Positions 19,005 through 27,422 of a stretch of 64,000 nucleotides of DNA are shown one piece after another. Numbering within the stretch: the first letter of the stretch is position 1; the number at the start of each line of letters is the position of its first letter. The notes under the pieces were generated by a model. It saw only the letters and a list, made by a program, of their open reading frames with translations, was not told where the DNA came from and did not search any database. The translations under genes and the position numbers were made by a program. The stretch comes from Clostridia bacterium (GTDB taxonomy: Bacteria > Bacillota > Clostridia > Oscillospirales > CAG-272): NCBI GenBank assembly GCA_017411745.1, contig JAFQPM010000002.1, positions 79,810 through 143,809 of the forward strand. Reading direction: 5' to 3'.

Positions 19005-19031
19005 CAGATAAATGCAAAAAAGCCCCTCAGG
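19005..19031 (-). terminator. intrinsic terminator after the 19043-19594 gene
   Basis: AAAAAAGCCCC-TCA-GGGGCTTTTTT: a 6-bp GC stem flanked by A and T runs. Confidence 0.75.
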
Positions 19032-19042
19032 GCTTTTTTGCA

Positions 19043-19594
19043 TTAGTTGGTCTTATCACTGTGATATATTTGTGTTACGTTACCTTCTTTATCCTCTATA
19101 TACATTTGACAACTTCCTGCACCAACAATTCTTTTCCAAAACGACGAAACAACATAACAATATTTATTGCTTCCGTTTATATATTGTTTTGTTTTCCCCG
19201 ATTTTCCCCAATTCAACCACTCACTGTCTATAATGATTTTCATCAGGGTAGAATCTCGGTCGGGGTCGACCTGTTTTGATATTTGATTCATTTCTTGGTC
19301 GTAAACATACAACGTATCAATTTTTGATGCAAAAACGTAAAGGCGCTCATCTATGTACTCTACATAGACACCTCCGCCGCCATCTGTATAAAGATGTTGC
19401 CCAAATATTTTCTCTCCGTCGCTATTGAACGTTTGGATAACAAATCCTGAATCTCTATAGTATGCTATGGTTATGTTGCCTGTATTATCATCTACACAAG
19501 CATCCGTTATCTCTGTATAGGAGTGATAAGTGGTTGCCAAAGTAATTACTAATAAAGTAATCACCGCTATGATGATAAAATATTTTATTTTCAT
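19043..19594 (-). CDS. membrane-anchored hypothetical protein
   Basis: N-terminal TM anchor (KIKYFIIIAVITLLVITLATT) followed by a beta-rich Tyr/Asp/Gly region. I did not recognise any motif. Visibly AT-rich. The start is taken at the ATG at 19594, which is preceded by GGGGA; the ORF track starts it at 19609. Confidence 0.6.
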   Translation of the reverse strand: MKIKYFIIIAVITLLVITLATTYHSYTEITDACVDDNTGNITIAYYRDSGFVIQTFNSDGEKIFGQHLYTDGGGGVYVEYIDERLYVFASKIDTLYVYDQEMNQISKQVDPDRDSTLMKIIIDSEWLNWGKSGKTKQYINGSNKYCYVVSSFWKRIVGAGSCQMYIEDKEGNVTQIYHSDKTN

Positions 19595-19639
19595 TGTGAT
19601 CCCCATCATTAAACATTGATATCAATACTTCATTGACAT

Positions 19640-20587
19640 TCACACAACCATATTTCTTCTCTCTCCCGCGAGGAATGCCTCGATGTTCAAAGCTATCTCG
19701 TCACAGCAGCGGACTCTTGCCTCATACGAGCCCCAAGCCATGTGAGGAGTAAAGATAACATTTTCGCGCCCCGCTATACTTGCATAAGGGTGATCGGTCG
19801 GGAACGGCTCCTTTGAATAAACGTCAACGCCGATGCCTCCGATCTTTTTATTCAGAATTGCGTCTGTAAGGGCGGCTTCATCAACGACTGCACCGCGCGC
19901 TACGTTTATAAATATGGCGTCGTTTTTCATCATAGCGATAAGCTCACGGCTTATAAGTCCGCGAGTTCCGTCGTTAAGAGGCGTGTGAACGCTGATAATA
20001 TCCGATTCCTTGCAAAGCGTGTCGATATCGACGCATTCCTCGCCTGCGATCTCGGTACGCTTATGTACTATGACTTTGCAACCGAGTGCCTTGGCGACCG
20101 CACCGACCTGCTTTCCTATATTGCCGTATCCAACGATGCCCCACGTCTTGCCGTAGATCTCGTGATACACGGGTGTAAGAATATTTGCAACCGTGCCTCT
20201 CGAATAAGTGCCGTCTGCCACAGAGCGATTATATTCGCCAAGATGGCAGATAAGCGAGAGCGCCATTGCCACGGTAAGCTGAGCCACGTTTTGAGTAGAA
20301 TAACCGACTACGTTGCAAACGGCAATTCCCTTTTCCTTGCAGTATTCCGTGTCAATATTGTCGTATCCTGTAGCGGTCACACAGATCAGCTTTACGTTCG
20401 GGCAAGCGGGCAGATTGTGTCTGCCCACCTTCAATTTGTTAATGATCACAACGTCGCTATCGGCAACGTGATCTGCAAACTCCTCTTGTGCGGTGCTTTG
20501 ATACACCGTCAGCTCGCCGTACTTTTTATACAGCGATAAATCGATATCCGCGCCGAGCGTCGACGCATCAAGAAAAACTATCTTCAT
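19640..20587 (-). CDS. D-isomer-specific 2-hydroxyacid dehydrogenase (glycerate/hydroxypyruvate reductase-like)
   Basis: Rossmann motif GIVGYGNIGKQVG, catalytic region ARGAVVDEAAL and TPHMAWGS. Confidence 0.88.
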   Translation of the reverse strand: MKIVFLDASTLGADIDLSLYKKYGELTVYQSTAQEEFADHVADSDVVIINKLKVGRHNLPACPNVKLICVTATGYDNIDTEYCKEKGIAVCNVVGYSTQNVAQLTVAMALSLICHLGEYNRSVADGTYSRGTVANILTPVYHEIYGKTWGIVGYGNIGKQVGAVAKALGCKVIVHKRTEIAGEECVDIDTLCKESDIISVHTPLNDGTRGLISRELIAMMKNDAIFINVARGAVVDEAALTDAILNKKIGGIGVDVYSKEPFPTDHPYASIAGRENVIFTPHMAWGSYEARVRCCDEIALNIEAFLAGERRNMVV

Positions 20588-20590
20588 ATC

Positions 20591-20821
20591 TTAAACTTCT
20601 TCACTTTCAACGATCTTAACGTCTGCAGTCTCATATTCTTCGTCCTCTGCAAATGCCGCTTCAATAGCCGCGTCGATCTCTTCTTCGATGATCTTGTCAG
20701 CCGCCTTTTTCTTTTTCCAGAGTATTACTGCGGTCACTACTGCCGCCGTTGCTGCCGCAAGACCCACAACTATAAGGATTATTTTGAGAGCGCTGACCTT
20801 TTTTTCTTTAACGATGTACAT
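20591..20821 (-). CDS. small single-pass membrane protein with acidic tail (76 aa)
   Basis: GGAGG RBS. Ala-rich TM helix (LKIILIVVGLAAATAAVVTAVILW), a KKKK stop-transfer and an Asp/Glu-rich C-terminus. Sits 3 nt upstream of the dehydrogenase start. Confidence 0.65.
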   Translation of the reverse strand: MYIVKEKKVSALKIILIVVGLAAATAAVVTAVILWKKKKAADKIIEEEIDAAIEAAFAEDEEYETADVKIVESEEV

Positions 20822-20847
20822 TTCGTTACCTCCGTTTTATTCAAAAT

Positions 20848-22182
20848 TTAATCAATTTCAAAATATTGTGCCGCATTACGATAACAGATATTTTTAATCG
20901 TTTCCTCTGCGGTGCACTCGGGACACATTCCCTTATCTACCCAATTACCGATCGCGTTACATACGCTTTTGCGAAAAAGCTCGTGCATAATGCCAACGCC
21001 GTATCCGTAGACTCCGCCTTGGATTCCTATAACGCTTCCTATTGCGGTCTTAGTTGCGAGATTTGCAATAGCTGCTTCAAGCTCGTTTGCTCCAATCTCC
21101 GCCATACCTCCAATGCCTTGAACCACCGTTACAGATCTATTTTGATCGATTCGGCAAAGATTTTTGCATATACCAGCAACCGAAGCGTGATCAATAACGT
21201 TATTTGAGCACAGAACTGTTTTGGGAAGAACGTTGCTTGAAGACATATAGCCGAGAACGGCTTCCGTTTCAGAATTATTACCTGACGGGCACTCTATCTG
21301 CATGACCCAATTCCGTTTTAAATATTCAGCACCAAAGAAGCGCATCAGTTGAGTTTTCCATAAGGAAAGCTCATCCCTTGTTATATCCGCGCCCGTGCCC
21401 GAAAGAGCCTTTTTCAGTATCAGATCTGCGTGATGCATATCAGGCTTTATAAATGAATGATCTGCGCTCATTTTATGATATGCAGTTCTGCACCCGACCG
21501 CGTCGAATCGGTCCATTAAGATCATATACGCCCGACAAAAGCTATCGTAATCGCAGATGTCTACAGATGTGATCTTACCGACCTCGGAGAAATACTGTGA
21601 AATTCCCTTTTGGTTTGCATTAAAGCACTTATCGGGAGAAAATACGGGAAGAATTGATAATTCGCCGCGCGATCCTATAACTTCATAAGGACTTAAGCTA
21701 TCTGTAGGAGCACAGGCAACGAAAATAGTCGTTGCGCTACTCATTTTTACGTAATCGACCGCGCCGAGTCTATGTTTTGACAGTTTGTCGGACGTTTCTT
21801 TCCATATTGTTTCGCAATTATCGGAGTTTATAGTCAGATTACAGTCAAAAAATCTTTGAAGCTCAACGTGGCACGCAATATACTGAGGATTGCCGATCAG
21901 CATCGGCATAACGCGGCAAAGCTCTCTGAATTTTTCAAAATCCGAGGTGTTTCCCGTGATAAATCGCTCGTCAACACCACAGACCCTCATAAGTTCCCAT
22001 ATTTTTGGATTTTCATATAGCCAAAGCTCCGTTATATTGGTGATCCGTTTGTTCTCAGCGAGCGCGGAAGCGTCAAGGTGGCAACAGAGGTCAAATATTG
22101 GCAGATCGGCAACGTGCTCGTGATAAAGCTTCGCGGCATGGGGCGTATTCAATAAAAAGTCCGTATTCGAAACCGATTTCAT
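20848..22182 (-). CDS. glucuronate isomerase (UxaC)-like protein, divergent
   Basis: The N-terminus FLLNTPHAAKLYHEHVADLPIFDLCCHL...ITELWL...GNPQYIACHVELQRFF aligns by eye with the UxaC signature FLL..A..LYH....PI.DYHCHL...NPLYHWTHLEL. Several conserved residues differ (see findings). Confidence 0.7.
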   Translation of the reverse strand: MKSVSNTDFLLNTPHAAKLYHEHVADLPIFDLCCHLDASALAENKRITNITELWLYENPKIWELMRVCGVDERFITGNTSDFEKFRELCRVMPMLIGNPQYIACHVELQRFFDCNLTINSDNCETIWKETSDKLSKHRLGAVDYVKMSSATTIFVACAPTDSLSPYEVIGSRGELSILPVFSPDKCFNANQKGISQYFSEVGKITSVDICDYDSFCRAYMILMDRFDAVGCRTAYHKMSADHSFIKPDMHHADLILKKALSGTGADITRDELSLWKTQLMRFFGAEYLKRNWVMQIECPSGNNSETEAVLGYMSSSNVLPKTVLCSNNVIDHASVAGICKNLCRIDQNRSVTVVQGIGGMAEIGANELEAAIANLATKTAIGSVIGIQGGVYGYGVGIMHELFRKSVCNAIGNWVDKGMCPECTAEETIKNICYRNAAQYFEID

Positions 22183-22332
22183 AAGAGTCCTCCTTTGCCT
22201 AATATTTCTGATTTATTTTAGCATATTTTATCCCTGTTTTCAAGTGAAAAATAAATTATTTTCGCAAAAGTATATACAAAATGGTAAAAATGTGCTAAAA
22301 TATATACGTATTAATGTTTTCAGAGGTTAACT

Positions 22333-23163
22333 ATGTTCAGATGCGATTATCATACACATACGTATTTTTCCTTTGACGGAGCTCCCGATTCGTCTCCCGA
22401 CGCGCTCTGCCTTGCGGCTATCGAGCGCGGGGTGACCGATCTTGCGATTACCGACCATTTCGAGTGCAACGGTCGCTTCGATATGTCCTGCCCACCTTAT
22501 GATGCTGACCGCGCTTATGAGGAGATACTTGCCGCTAAGGAAAAATATAAGGGCAAGGTCAATCTGACGTACGGAATCGAGCTCGGTCAGATAGATCAGT
22601 ATCCCGAGGAGGCAGAAAAACTGTTGAGCTCTCACAGCTATGAGTTCGTCATATCTTCTCTGCACAATCTTCGCGGAGCGCCCGATTTTTGCTTCATAGA
22701 TTTCAAAAAGATTTTTGATTATACGTCGCCCGACTACGTGGGACATCTCTTTGAACGCAATCTTGCAGAACTTTGCGATTCCCTCGATGCGTGTGACAAA
22801 ATAGATACCGTGGCACATCTGACTTATATGCACCGTTACTGTGCTCTCTCAGGAAACAACTACGATTTTACAAGGCATGCAGGCAAGATCGAGGAGCTCT
22901 ACCGCAAAATGATATCGAGAGATATTGCACTTGAGGTCAACGTTTCAAATCTTTGGAGGGGTCTTGGATTTGCTATGCCCGACCGTGAACTTTTGGCGCT
23001 TTACCGCGAATGCGGAGGCAAGCTTGTCACAGTTGGTACCGACTCACATTCTCCCGAGCATATAGGTGAATGTGTTGACGAGGGCTTTGAGCTTCTTCGA
23101 TCGGTAGGACTTGACAGTATTCTCGTCGTCAGAAACGGTGAAAAAACGATAATGAAAATATAA
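22333..23163 (+). CDS. PHP-domain phosphoesterase, histidinol-phosphatase HisJ family-like
   Basis: N-terminal CDYHTHTYFSFDG, a second metal motif ITDHFE and a C-terminal GTDSHSPEH. 276 aa. Confidence 0.8.
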   Translation: MFRCDYHTHTYFSFDGAPDSSPDALCLAAIERGVTDLAITDHFECNGRFDMSCPPYDADRAYEEILAAKEKYKGKVNLTYGIELGQIDQYPEEAEKLLSSHSYEFVISSLHNLRGAPDFCFIDFKKIFDYTSPDYVGHLFERNLAELCDSLDACDKIDTVAHLTYMHRYCALSGNNYDFTRHAGKIEELYRKMISRDIALEVNVSNLWRGLGFAMPDRELLALYRECGGKLVTVGTDSHSPEHIGECVDEGFELLRSVGLDSILVVRNGEKTIMKI

Positions 23164-23188
23164 ATTCCGAAAGGATAAATAAAAAATA

Positions 23189-24799
23189 ATGGATCTTACG
23201 AATTTTAGTCTTATCTATCCCGATGCAGAGTCGAAAAAGGACTACTATACGGGCAAAAATCGCCCCGATATAGATATGTATACCCTTGAAGAGCTTGGTA
23301 TGCTTGAGATTTTGGATCTCAAAAGCTCGGATCTGTCGGATTATTTCACTACCTCACAGGAGGTTATGAAATACAGGATCGAGGTCTTTTCCGACATGAT
23401 GAATTGCCCCGCGATATCCGAAACTCTTGGCAAGCTTATGCCTGTTTTAACGGATATTACCGAGCTTCGCCGTCTTGAAGCAGATAACAATTCATCCGAG
23501 GATTATCTTTCGAGTATCACCGAGATAGAGCTCTATATTTCTTGTATAGAAACGCTTTACGGCGGTCTTTCGGCGGTAAAGGACGAGATCAAGAGCCGCG
23601 CATTCAAAACTCTTGAGGAAAGAATATGCGAGCTTGCCGAGTCGGACTACTATAAAGAGCTTAATCAGAAGCTCAATGAGCTGACGAAGCGTGTGCGCGA
23701 GATCAAGAGCGTTTCTATTGGTGTCAATCTTGACGCGCAGCTCCGCCCCACTTATGCGGGAGTTTTGTCCATAAATTCCGAAGCATTCAAGTCGGGCGAT
23801 GCTATCGACAAGATACTGCGACTCAATTTTAAGGACGACGAGTACACGTGTATCGCTAATCTTGTTCCCTTCAGTAAAAAGCAGTCCGATAATCAACGAA
23901 CGGCAATGTCGATCGCGTTCAACTCGGCTATAAACGACGTATACAGAGCTTCGCTCAAATCATGGAAGAAGATAGTTCAGACCTACGTGCTCGAAAACAC
24001 CGATTTTCTGATTGGTCTTATGCCCGAGATCGAGTTCGTGGTCAAGGGCACGGAGATGCTTAAGCGACTTGAAGCAAAAGGCTGTTGGCTCACCGAGCCC
24101 GAGATCGCGCCGATGGGAGAGCGTGTATTCGATGCGGACGATCTCTACAATCCCACGGTAGCGCTCAAGCTTCGTGACGGCGAGGAGATCGTGCCTAACG
24201 ACGTAAGATTTAACAAAGACGATGCGATGATATACGTTCTGACAGGCCCTAACCGCGGCGGTAAATCCGTAATTACCTGTTCTCTCGGTCTGGCTCTCGC
24301 GATGATGCAGCTTGGTATGTATGTTCCCGCCAAAAATGCTCGTATCAGCCCTGCCGATGCAATATATACTCATTTCCCCACTGGTGCCGACGATACCATT
24401 GATAAGGGTCGACTTGGTGAGGAGTGCGCACGACTTGGCGAGATCTTTGATAGCGTGACCGAGTACAGTCTCGTGCTGCTTGACGAGTCCTTCTCGTCTA
24501 CTGGATCATACGAGGGCTCTTATATCGCATCCGAGGTTCTTTCAGGTATTTCAATGGTTGGTTGCCGTTGCCTTTTCGCGACTCATTTGCACGAGCTTGC
24601 CGCAGAGATTGACCGCATCAATGCCGAGGCTCTGGCAAACGGCGGTGTTAAGATCGACACGCTTGTAGCGGGAATTGAGGAGGGCAAGCGTTCCTTTAAG
24701 ATTTTCCGCGCAAAGCCTGACGGAAAGAGCTATGCACGCGATATCGCGCAAAGATATGGCTTGACCTACGAAAATATACTCAAAAAGATAGGCAAATAA
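23189..24799 (+). CDS. MutS-family ATPase lacking mismatch-recognition and Smr domains (MutS domain III/V only)
   Basis: Walker A LTGPNRGGKSV, Walker B LVLLDESFSSTG and the MutS-type FATHLHEL motif. The first roughly 330 aa are helical with no domain I signature. 536 aa. Confidence 0.8.
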   Translation: MDLTNFSLIYPDAESKKDYYTGKNRPDIDMYTLEELGMLEILDLKSSDLSDYFTTSQEVMKYRIEVFSDMMNCPAISETLGKLMPVLTDITELRRLEADNNSSEDYLSSITEIELYISCIETLYGGLSAVKDEIKSRAFKTLEERICELAESDYYKELNQKLNELTKRVREIKSVSIGVNLDAQLRPTYAGVLSINSEAFKSGDAIDKILRLNFKDDEYTCIANLVPFSKKQSDNQRTAMSIAFNSAINDVYRASLKSWKKIVQTYVLENTDFLIGLMPEIEFVVKGTEMLKRLEAKGCWLTEPEIAPMGERVFDADDLYNPTVALKLRDGEEIVPNDVRFNKDDAMIYVLTGPNRGGKSVITCSLGLALAMMQLGMYVPAKNARISPADAIYTHFPTGADDTIDKGRLGEECARLGEIFDSVTEYSLVLLDESFSSTGSYEGSYIASEVLSGISMVGCRCLFATHLHELAAEIDRINAEALANGGVKIDTLVAGIEEGKRSFKIFRAKPDGKSYARDIAQRYGLTYENILKKIGK

Positions 24800-24802
24800 A
24801 GA

Positions 24803-24838
24803 AATCCCCGATAAGCTTGAGTCTTATCGGGGAATATT
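24803..24838. terminator. bidirectional intrinsic terminator between convergent genes
   Basis: 11-bp stem TCCCCGATAAG/CTTATCGGGGA (24805-24815 pairs with 24823-24833) followed by a T-rich tract. Confidence 0.8.
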
Positions 24839-25498
24839 TTATTTATTTTGTTTTTTATTACGTATTGCCCTGTCAATCGCGGATGCTATGGGATAATAAA
24901 CAGGTATCGTAAGATATATTATCCAAAGCGGATGCCAGATGCTATAAAGCATTCCAAAAAGCAGGAAAATAAAAGTTACAAAAACCGGATAGTTGAAGTT
25001 TGAAAAGCTCTTTTGACGGATGCAATCGGTTACAGAATAGTAAACGGGCACAAGCAAGAATATCGTCCAACCTATCTCCCAGCCGCGCTCGACGAAGAAT
25101 CCGATTATCAAATATGCGATAGTGGCGATAATGGCGAACGGTACGCTGTCCCAAATATATGAGGCGGCAGACTTTGGGTTTGATTCTTGATCTTCTTCAT
25201 CGTCATCTTCGTCATCACTATCGTTTTCGCTACATTCGGTAGCCCTAGCGGAAATCGAAGACGTGTCAGTGGTAATGCTCTCGTCTGTATTGATTGATGT
25301 ATTTATTAGATCGTCTATTTTAACATCAAAAAATTTTGCGATCGCAATAAGATTTTCGGTATCGGGATAAGCTTCGTTTCTTTCCCATTTAGATACCGCC
25401 TGTCTTGAAACTCCGAGACTCTCGGCAAATTCATCTTGCGACAGTCCTCTGCTTTTTCGCAAAGAATAAAGATTGTCTCCGAAATAGCTTTGTGTCAT
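24839..25498 (-). CDS. XRE-family HTH protein fused to a polytopic membrane domain
   Basis: HTH GLSQDEFAESLGVSRQAVSKWE, an acidic linker (SENDSDDEDDDEEDQES) and then about 4 predicted TM helices. Confidence 0.8.
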   Translation of the reverse strand: MTQSYFGDNLYSLRKSRGLSQDEFAESLGVSRQAVSKWERNEAYPDTENLIAIAKFFDVKIDDLINTSINTDESITTDTSSISARATECSENDSDDEDDDEEDQESNPKSAASYIWDSVPFAIIATIAYLIIGFFVERGWEIGWTIFLLVPVYYSVTDCIRQKSFSNFNYPVFVTFIFLLFGMLYSIWHPLWIIYLTIPVYYPIASAIDRAIRNKKQNK

Positions 25499-25620
25499 GA
25501 TAAGATATCCTTTCGATTAAGATCGTCTTAACGATTATAAAACGAAAGCTGATTCTTGTCGATAAAATCAGCTTTACATATACGCAACTGTAGGTTGCAT
25601 CTAACGAAATATGGGTAATA

Positions 25621-26202
25621 TTAAACCTCTTTGGGCGAAATAAAGGAATTGGCGTCTGCACAATAGCTTTCGTAATTCTCTATAATTATTCCTACTATCT
25701 CTTCGGGCGTGCGGCTTGTAGTATCTACGACGAGATTGAAATTGTTGTGATCAAAATAATCTACTCCGTAGATCTGAATGAATCGTTCTCTTTCCACGTT
25801 TCCTCTCTTGACAAGGCCTTGACAAGCATCATCAACGGAGTCGTAATGCTCCTCTGCTCCACGTTGATTTTTCATAACGCGAGTTGCTGCCTCCATAGGA
25901 TCTATGGTAAGAAATATTTTAAACGTATCTTTGGCGAAATGCCATGCCATTCTTGAGTCGAATACAAGCTTTTCGTCCTTTTTCTCGATGGAAAGTTTTG
26001 TAACCGTACCGTCGATTTCCTTATCGAGAGCAGGATCGGACTTAAGCCTTTCATTAAGCTCAAGCGTGGTTATTCCCAGACGTCTGGCATACTCGCGGTT
26101 GATAGTTCCCGTGCTGAATATTTCAAATCCGTATTTTTCTTTTAAAATGCTGCAAACCGTGGATTTTCCACTTCCAAGCTTGCCTGTTATAGACATCAGC
26201 AT
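25621..26202 (-). CDS. cytidylate kinase-like family P-loop protein
   Basis: P-loop ITGKLGSGKST at the N-terminus. 193 aa. Overall resemblance to the cytidylate-kinase-like (AAA_17/18) family. Confidence 0.65.
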   Translation of the reverse strand: MLMSITGKLGSGKSTVCSILKEKYGFEIFSTGTINREYARRLGITTLELNERLKSDPALDKEIDGTVTKLSIEKKDEKLVFDSRMAWHFAKDTFKIFLTIDPMEAATRVMKNQRGAEEHYDSVDDACQGLVKRGNVERERFIQIYGVDYFDHNNFNLVVDTTSRTPEEIVGIIIENYESYCADANSFISPKEV

Positions 26203-26239
26203 ACTTTTTTGTTCCTTTATTTGTTTTTATTAAAAAATA

Positions 26240-26274
26240 AACCGACTTTTCCGATTTCGACCGAAAAAGTCGGT
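26240..26274 (-). terminator. intrinsic terminator after the 26292-26744 gene
   Basis: 11-bp stem AACCGACTTTT/AAAAGTCGGTT with a U-run on the minus strand. Confidence 0.75.
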
Positions 26275-26291
26275 TTTAAAGATGCAATAAA

Positions 26292-26744
26292 TTATTTGTT
26301 GGAAACGAGAACTACGGTAAATTCTGCGCCGTCCTCTACGAGATACTCACTCATCTGCTTGTCAACGAGGTTATCAAGAATAGTCTGCATATCAAGACCC
26401 ACGCCCTCCATTGTGAAGGACCAGTACTCGTTCTTGCCCGCCTTAGTACCACCTATCTTGGTAAGTATGTTATTTTCATCGACTGTATACTTGAAGTTAG
26501 CCTCGATTGCGAGGTAATCTGTGACTATGTTGAGTATGGTAGGATCTTCGTGTCCCTTGTAATTGTACTTTTCTGCATCAACGATAGTTTTTCCGGAATC
26601 GTTCTTTATCTGGAAAGAAACCGTCATATCATAAAAAGGTCTTTCGGGAAGCTCTACGTCCTCATCGGTTGTAGAACAAGCGATAAACGAGCAACAAAGT
26701 ATTGCCAATACAAGAATTACAGACACAAGTCTAACAGTTTTCAT
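26292..26744 (-). CDS. lipoprotein, possibly DUF4430 (transcobalamin-like) domain
   Basis: Signal peptide plus lipobox (CCSFIACS). The C-terminal pattern GKNEYWSFTMEGVG...VEDGAEFTVV resembles DUF4430. GGAGG RBS. Confidence 0.5.
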   Translation of the reverse strand: MKTVRLVSVILVLAILCCSFIACSTTDEDVELPERPFYDMTVSFQIKNDSGKTIVDAEKYNYKGHEDPTILNIVTDYLAIEANFKYTVDENNILTKIGGTKAGKNEYWSFTMEGVGLDMQTILDNLVDKQMSEYLVEDGAEFTVVLVSNK

Positions 26745-26843
26745 TAAAATATTCCTCCGAATATATACTATGACTACTGCTTATTATACTACATTAATTC
26801 GTGCTTGTCAATAGCTTTGTTTGTAAATAATTTGAAAAATCGA

Positions 26844-27359
26844 TCAGTTTTGTAAGATTACTGATAAAGTTACGAAAACTACGTAAAAAAGCCAAAAGGC
26901 AAACGATGTCATTATAATGGTAGCTAATGCCGACATCCTTGACCAAAAGAAAGCGCAAAGACAGGCGCATACCGTAGCAATAAGCGCTGTAAGCAATGCT
27001 ACGAACAGTTTTTCACCAACAAAAAATAAAGGGTAATGCAAAACGAAGAAAAATAAGGATGCAAGAAAAAACAGTCCGCCCTTGTAAGCACATATTTCCC
27101 TTTCACTATGACCTTTATTGCAAACCGCTTCAACAATTATCAGTCCTGCGGCATATCCGATCAAAAAACCCCAGATCAAAGTTAAAAATCCCCATAGCCA
27201 CATAGGAGGCAGAACATTGCCCACGTTGAGCTTATGTATCATTTCAAACGGACTTCCCGAAACGATTATTGAACCTACGGAAAAAATCGAGCAGACCGTG
27301 CCGCATACAACCGAAACGCCATTGAACAAATTATTTCTTGATGACCCCTTTGATGCCAT
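26844..27359 (-). CDS. polytopic membrane protein, tentatively TspO/MBR-like
   Basis: About 5 TM helices. The Trp-rich motif LPPMWLWGFLTLIWGFLIGYAAG is reminiscent of TspO. The start is taken at the ATG at 27359, after an AGGTGAGGA RBS. Confidence 0.4.
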   Translation of the reverse strand: MASKGSSRNNLFNGVSVVCGTVCSIFSVGSIIVSGSPFEMIHKLNVGNVLPPMWLWGFLTLIWGFLIGYAAGLIIVEAVCNKGHSEREICAYKGGLFFLASLFFFVLHYPLFFVGEKLFVALLTALIATVCACLCAFFWSRMSALATIIMTSFAFWLFYVVFVTLSVILQN

Positions 27360-27383
27360 TGTGTTCCTCACCTTAAAATAAAA

Positions 27384-27408
27384 CTGTGTTGGCAGACTGC
27401 CAACACAG
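27384..27408 (-). terminator. intrinsic terminator after the PBP1A gene
   Basis: Perfect 12-bp stem CTGTGTTGGCAG/CTGCCAACACAG with a U-rich tract on the minus strand. Confidence 0.85.
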
Positions 27409-27422
27409 TATATGATTTCCTA

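Noticed and set aside
22327-22833. 168-aa minus-strand ORF overlapping the 5' half of the PHP phosphoesterase gene
   Set aside because: It is an in-register shadow of the plus-strand gene, which has the DYHTHT PHP signature and an RBS.
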